From: an uncultured Alphaproteobacteria bacterium
Lineage (GTDB): Bacteria > Pseudomonadota > Alphaproteobacteria > UBA6615
NCBI GenBank assembly: GCA_943787445.1
Contig: CALSML010000004.1
Coordinates: 15,214 to 79,213 of the forward strand
DNA length: 64,000 nucleotides
Direction: 5' to 3'
The notes under the pieces are model-generated. The model did not search any database. It was not told where the DNA came from and saw only the letters and a list, made by a program, of their open reading frames with translations. Positions 59,338-64,000 of the stretch are shown one piece after another. Each line of letters begins with the position of its first letter. The first letter of the stretch is position 1. A program made the translations under genes and the position numbers.

Positions 59338-61158
59338 ATGGCTCGAAAACGCACGACAGATATCGCCCCCGAGGCGGACGACAACCAGCCGCCGAAGCGC
59401 AAGATCGGCGAGTTGCGCCGTCTTGGTCGTTTCCTCAATCCCTATCGAATTTACGTTGTCGGGGCCCTGCTGGCACTGACGGTTGCGGCGGGTACGGTGC
59501 TGACCATCGGTCAGGGTGTGCGGCGGCTTGTGGATGACGGCTTTGCCGGCGGAAATATTGATCTGCTGAACGAATCCCTGATGGCCCTGCTGGTCATCGT
59601 GGTGGTGCTCGCGGCTGCGACTTATGCCCGGTTCTTCTTTGTATCCTGGCTGGGCGAACGGGTTATTGCCGATATGCGCAAGACGGTGTTCGACCACACG
59701 CTGAGCCTCGACCCTGCTTTCTATGAAACCATGCGGATCGGCGAAGTGATGTCCCGCCTCACGGCCGATACAACGCTGATACAGACTGTTGTCGGAACCT
59801 CGGCCTCCATGGCCCTGCGCAATGTGCTGCTGATGCTGGGCGGCCTTGTGATGCTTGCGGTGACAAGCCCGCAGCTGACCCTGCTTGTCTTGCTTGTGGT
59901 GCCGATTGTGCTGGTACCGATCCTTGTTTTTGGTCGCCGGGTTCGCAAGCTTAGTCGGACGAGTCAGGACCGGCTGGCCGATGTTGGATCCTATCTGGAT
60001 GAATCCATCGCCAATATCCGCACGGTTCAGGCCTTCGGCCATGAGGATGTGGACCGGATGCGGTTTGCGGGTCGGGTCGAAGAGACCTTTCAGACATCCG
60101 TCCGCCGTATTCGCGCCCGGGCGGCGCTGACCGCGGTTGTGATCCTGCTGGTGCTCGGCGCCATCGGCGTCATCCTCTGGGTCGGCGGCCGCGAAATGTT
60201 TCTGGGCGGGATCAGCGCGGGTGATCTTTCCGCGTTCATCTTCTACGCCATTGTGGTTGCAACATCGGTCGGGGCGATCTCCGAGGTGGTGGGTGATCTA
60301 CAACGCGCTGCGGGTGCTGTCGAACGGCTGTTCGAGTTGCTGGATATGCAGCCCAATATTGCCGCGCCGGCGGATCCCCGGTCACTGCCCGAGATACTGG
60401 TCGCGCGCGTGTCCATGGACAATGTGACCTTCCGATATCCATCTCGTCCCGAACACCCCGCCCTGATGGATTTCACGCTGGATGTGGCACCGGGCGAAAC
60501 CGTGGCGCTTGTCGGGCCTTCGGGCGCGGGCAAGACATCTGTATTTCAGCTGCTGCTGCGCTTCTATGATCCTGACACCGGACGTCTGGCGCTGGACGGG
60601 ATCGATTTGCGGGAGCTGGATCCGGCAGACCTGCGTGCCCATATCGGTCTGGTGCCTCAGGAGCCCGTGGTGTTTTCCGCGAATGCCTGGGAAAACATCC
60701 GATATGGCCGCCCGGATGCCTCGGATGCCGAAGTGCGCGATGCTGCCGAAGCGGCTTCGGCGGCTGGATTTCTGGATGCGCTGCCCGAAGGGCTCGATAC
60801 TTTTCTGGGTGAAAAAGGCGTGCGGTTGTCCGGCGGCCAGCGACAGCGTATCGCCATTGCGCGCGCGGTCCTGCGCGATCCGAAGGTACTCTTGCTCGAT
60901 GAGGCCACCAGCGCATTGGATGCCGAATCCGAGCGCGCCGTGCAGACCGCGCTGGCAGGCCTGATGGAAAACCGGACAACGCTGGTCATTGCCCATCGTC
61001 TGGCAACGGTGATGGCGGCCGACCGGATTGTGGTTCTTGATGAGGGCCGGATCGTTGCCGAGGGCACCCATGACGCACTGGTCCGGCAGGATGGGCTTTA
61101 TGCGCGCCTTGCCGAACTCCAGTTTGATCTCGGGAAATCCAGCGCGGCAGCTCAGTAG
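59338..61158 (+). CDS. ABC exporter, fused permease/ATPase (MsbA/ATM1-like)
   Basis: Six TM helices followed by an NBD with 'GPSGAGKTS', '[13 protein letters not shown]' and '[11 protein letters not shown]'. I chose the start at 'MARKRTTD'. Confidence 0.85.
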   Translation: MARKRTTDIAPEADDNQPPKRKIGELRRLGRFLNPYRIYVVGALLALTVAAGTVLTIGQGVRRLVDDGFAGGNIDLLNESLMALLVIVVVLAAATYARFFFVSWLGERVIADMRKTVFDHTLSLDPAFYETMRIGEVMSRLTADTTLIQTVVGTSASMALRNVLLMLGGLVMLAVTSPQLTLLVLLVVPIVLVPILVFGRRVRKLSRTSQDRLADVGSYLDESIANIRTVQAFGHEDVDRMRFAGRVEETFQTSVRRIRARAALTAVVILLVLGAIGVILWVGGREMFLGGISAGDLSAFIFYAIVVATSVGAISEVVGDLQRAAGAVERLFELLDMQPNIAAPADPRSLPEILVARVSMDNVTFRYPSRPEHPALMDFTLDVAPGETVALVGPSGAGKTSVFQLLLRFYDPDTGRLALDGIDLRELDPADLRAHIGLVPQEPVVFSANAWENIRYGRPDASDAEVRDAAEAASAAGFLDALPEGLDTFLGEKGVRLSGGQRQRIAIARAVLRDPKVLLLDEATSALDAESERAVQTALAGLMENRTTLVIAHRLATVMAADRIVVLDEGRIVAEGTHDALVRQDGLYARLAELQFDLGKSSAAAQ

Positions 61159-61172
61159 CCCAGCCGATTTGA

Positions 61173-62486
61173 TCAGCGCTGGTCGAGTTTGAATTCGATC
61201 CGGCGGTTTCGCAGATAGGCGATCTCGTCGCGGCCGGCATCAATCGGCTGATACTCACCAAATCCAGCGGCGACCAGATTTTCCGGGGCGATCCCCTGTC
61301 GGGCCAGGAACTTAACAACCGAGATAGCACGGGCTGATGATAGTTCCCAGTTCGACGGGAATTTCGCAGTGCTGATCGGGCGTTCATCGGTGTGTCCGTC
61401 GACACGAAGTATCCAGTCCAGATCATCGGGAATCTGACTGGCGATTTCCTTCAGCGTTCCGGCGAGCTGTGCCAGCTGTGCTTCGCCGTGCGGGTTGAGG
61501 ACCGCTTCCCCGGATTCGAACAGCACTTCGGACTGGAACACGAAGCGATCGCCGACAATGCGGATATCGCTGCGTTCACCCAGCACCTCGCGCAGCCGCC
61601 CGAAGAATTCGGATCGGTAGAGCGCCAGTTCCTGCACCTTCGTGGCCAGGGCCTGATTCAGGCGCTGGCCGAGATTGACGATCTGCACGTCCTTTTCTTC
61701 GTTCAGGGCTTCAGACGCTTTCAGGGCTTTGTTCAGGGCTACAATCTGCGCGCGCAGCTGAGAGAGCTGCTGATTGAGCAGTGCGACCTGGGACTGCGCC
61801 TGTTTGGACAATTCCCGTTCCTCGCTGAACGAGGTTTCGGCCGTTTCGGCGCGCTGGAGGAGTTCGCTGAGACGGATGTCCCGGGCGTCCAGTTCCTTTT
61901 GAGCAAGAACCGTGCGTTCTTCGGTGTCTGCCAGTTTGGCTTCGAGTTCCTTGGTCAGGACGCGCACCTGACCCAGTTCACCGGTGATCGAGGCGACCTC
62001 GGCTTCGAGTGTGGCGCGAACTTCGCGGAGCGCCTCGATGTCTCGTTCGAGACGTGCCAGATCAAGAAGCTGCAATTCGATCGTGTCTCTGTCGGCACTC
62101 ATCTGTTCGCGCAGGGCAGCCAGTTCCTCGGCGCTTTCCTGACGAATGGTGGTGAGTTCCCGTTCGGCATCTGACAACCGTGCCGCCAGCGCGTCCCGTT
62201 CGGAAATCGAACTCTGGAGCTGGGCGGAAAGCTGGGAGACCGACAAGCGAAGCTCGGTGTTGGCTGATCGCTCCAGGTCAAGCATGCGGGCAAGCTCGTC
62301 GATCTGCCGGGTCAGCTTCCCAAGGGCTTCATCCCGTCCCGAAAGCGCATCGGACAGGAATGCCTGTGCCAGGGCGAAGACCATGATGAGGAAGACCACG
62401 ACCACGAGCAGCGCAGCCAGTGCATCGACGAAGCCGGGCCAGTAGTTGACGCTACCTTGTCGCCGTCGGGAGGATGAACCGGGCAC
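61173..62486 (-). CDS. MotB-like protein with long coiled coil and C-terminal OmpA/MotB peptidoglycan-binding domain
   Basis: 437 aa. The N-terminal TM carries an Asp ('NYWPGFVDALAALLVVVVFL'). About 250 aa of heptad-rich helix follows, then 'RVDGHTDERPI...NWELSSARA...NRRIEFKL'. Confidence 0.75.
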   Translation of the reverse strand: MPGSSSRRRQGSVNYWPGFVDALAALLVVVVFLIMVFALAQAFLSDALSGRDEALGKLTRQIDELARMLDLERSANTELRLSVSQLSAQLQSSISERDALAARLSDAERELTTIRQESAEELAALREQMSADRDTIELQLLDLARLERDIEALREVRATLEAEVASITGELGQVRVLTKELEAKLADTEERTVLAQKELDARDIRLSELLQRAETAETSFSEERELSKQAQSQVALLNQQLSQLRAQIVALNKALKASEALNEEKDVQIVNLGQRLNQALATKVQELALYRSEFFGRLREVLGERSDIRIVGDRFVFQSEVLFESGEAVLNPHGEAQLAQLAGTLKEIASQIPDDLDWILRVDGHTDERPISTAKFPSNWELSSARAISVVKFLARQGIAPENLVAAGFGEYQPIDAGRDEIAYLRNRRIEFKLDQR

Positions 62487-62498
62487 CGGGCGGGCCTG

Positions 62499-63647
62499 CT
62501 AGCGGGATTCTTCTTCGGCAAGCGCGGCGATTGTGCGCGCCAGCAAGCGAATTTCTGCTCGCAATTCCTGCACGATCTCGGTGCGACCCAGCTGTTCGGC
62601 TCTCTTCGAGCAGGCGCGCCATATGTAAGTGTCCAGATTGCGGATATGGCCGCGTGTGGCCTCGTCCATGCCACCACCGCTTGCGCCTTCCGCCAGACGT
62701 TGCAAAACCGGTCGCAGTTCCGACTGGTTTTCGGCCAGCCGGACCATCAGCTCCTGCTCGGTACGCATTTGATCAGTCAGGGTGGTCATGCGGTCCGTCA
62801 GGGTGCTCAGGCCCTGATCGCTCTGGCTGCGTGCGGCTTCGGCGCGGCCGACGGTGCGTTGCAAATTGTCGAGCGAATCTGCCGTGGTCTCCAGCAGGGC
62901 CTGAATATAGGCCGGCACCGACTGGTCGCTATCGCCCAGCAAAAGCGAGCCGCCGCTCGAAACCCGTGTTGTGCTGCTCAGCCAGTCTTCCAGATCATTG
63001 TAGAAACGGTTCTGTGCCGCACCGGCCTGCAATTCCAGAAAGCCCAGCAGCAGTGATCCGGCCAGTCCGAAGAGCGACGAACTGAAGGCGGTGCCCATGC
63101 CGCCAAGGGGGGCTTCCAGACCGGATTTGAGATCATTGAAAATCTGAACTGTGTCGCCACCGCCGACCTGCAGTCCGGCGATCACATTGGCGACCGCACT
63201 AACCGTTTGCAGCAGGCCCCAGAAAGTGCCGAGCAGTCCCAGAAAGATCAGCAGGCCAATCAGGTAACGCGAGATGTCGCGGGATTCATCCAGACGGGCG
63301 CTGATGCCATCGAGGATCGATCGCAGTGAAGTCGTGTTGAGCCGCAACTGGCCGGCATGGTCGCCGATCATGGATGCCATGGGGGCGAGCAGGCGCGGCG
63401 GGTCCGAGACGGAGGCGCCGGGTTGCTGGCTGCGATAGACCTTGATCCAGGCAACTTCGACATTGAGGGTCCAGACCTGCCGGAAGACGAACAGAATGCC
63501 CAGCACCAGCACCACGAGGATGATCCCGTTGATTGCCGGATTGGCCAGAAAGGCCTCGATCAGCTGAACATGGAGTACGGCAGCGCCGGCAATGGCGAGC
63601 ATCAGAAAGATCGCCATGCGGGTCATGTAAATACGCGGGTTCGTCAT
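62499..63647 (-). CDS. MotA/TolQ/ExbB proton-channel family protein with helical C-terminal tail
   Basis: 382 aa with 4 TM helices, 'FLGLLGTFWGLL' and 'MGTAFSSSLFGLAGSLLLGF', and a C-terminal tail of about 165 aa. Its stop lies 12 nt upstream of the MotB-like gene start. Confidence 0.75.
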   Translation of the reverse strand: MTNPRIYMTRMAIFLMLAIAGAAVLHVQLIEAFLANPAINGIILVVLVLGILFVFRQVWTLNVEVAWIKVYRSQQPGASVSDPPRLLAPMASMIGDHAGQLRLNTTSLRSILDGISARLDESRDISRYLIGLLIFLGLLGTFWGLLQTVSAVANVIAGLQVGGGDTVQIFNDLKSGLEAPLGGMGTAFSSSLFGLAGSLLLGFLELQAGAAQNRFYNDLEDWLSSTTRVSSGGSLLLGDSDQSVPAYIQALLETTADSLDNLQRTVGRAEAARSQSDQGLSTLTDRMTTLTDQMRTEQELMVRLAENQSELRPVLQRLAEGASGGGMDEATRGHIRNLDTYIWRACSKRAEQLGRTEIVQELRAEIRLLARTIAALAEEESR

Positions 63648-63770
63648 CCCGATCCTGCCCGGTTATGTGGTGGCCGATGAATTTGCCTGATCCGCATGCG
63701 GATCGTGACTCACATTGTCTTTGCTATGTGACGAATTTAGGGCGCGGGACCCGGTAGTCACTATTTCTGA

Positions 63771-64000
63771 ACGACGACGGCGTCCACACGGTCTGCGGGT
63801 CCGCCAGTGGATTTGATGCCGAGCGCACGAACATCCATGCGCGTATTGCGCACATTGCGCTCCACGAGATGGGCGCGGACGTTCAGGGCCCGTTTAAGGG
63901 ATAGCCGCCGCGCTTCGGGTGCGGTTTCATCGGTGCCCGATGCGAAGGCCTGCAGCTGGATGCGCAGCGAATCATCTGCGTTCAGGCTGGCAGCCAGTGC
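63771..64000 (-). CDS. partial gene (C-terminal 76 codons) ending in an OmpA-like domain
   Basis: My own translation of the - strand is '...RRLSLKRALNVRAHLVERNVRNTRMDVRALGIKSTGGPADRVDAVVVQK*'. It is truncated by the window edge and absent from the ORF track. Confidence 0.5.

Noticed and set aside
61173-63647. Calling the MotA/MotB-like pair a Zorya (ZorAB) defence system
   Set aside because: No ZorC/D/E-like gene is visible. The A-subunit tail is short and the long coiled coil is on the B subunit. I kept it as an uncharacterised stator-like module.

Overview
This is a 64-kb chromosomal segment at about 62% GC, and its gene content points to an alphaproteobacterium. The supporting markers are class-I LysRS, DUF1285-Nudix-CCA synteny, a COQ9-like gene, DUF1013, Usg, CIRCE upstream of groESL and a ROSE-like leader upstream of hsp20. 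The content is mostly housekeeping: a MoxR-DUF58-BatA_N/DUF4159 envelope operon, DNA-repair genes (Lhr-like helicase, PdeM, photolyase, DinG-like helicase), PhoX, heme A synthase, KorAB 2-oxoglutarate:ferredoxin oxidoreductase with an FprA-like reductase, a Liv-type ABC importer, groESL, lysK, def, purEK, metY, hsp20, rpmE and an ABC exporter. I saw no rRNA, tRNA, CRISPR array or IS element. Three things deserve a second look. (1) An uncharacterised stator-like module at the right edge: a MotA/ExbB-like protein with a helical tail, a MotB-like protein with about 250 aa of coiled coil plus an OmpA domain, and a third OmpA-like gene. (2) Three discrete blocks (about 17.6-21.35 kb, 27.7-29.65 kb and 36.1-37.35 kb) hold dozens of single-base indels that break highly conserved genes, including groEL, and ignore gene boundaries, while neighbouring ORFs of 2-2.7 kb are intact. 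In groEL the first eight events alternate -1/+1. A sequence-quality artefact is the most likely cause, but raw reads are needed to confirm it. (3) Several cis-regulatory RNA/DNA candidates: a ROSE-like thermometer with a CTTG-N17-CCTATCT promoter, a CIRCE element, a structured terminator-containing leader upstream of metY, and an ArsR-type palindrome. All product calls rest on motif recognition in the supplied translations; no database search was possible.
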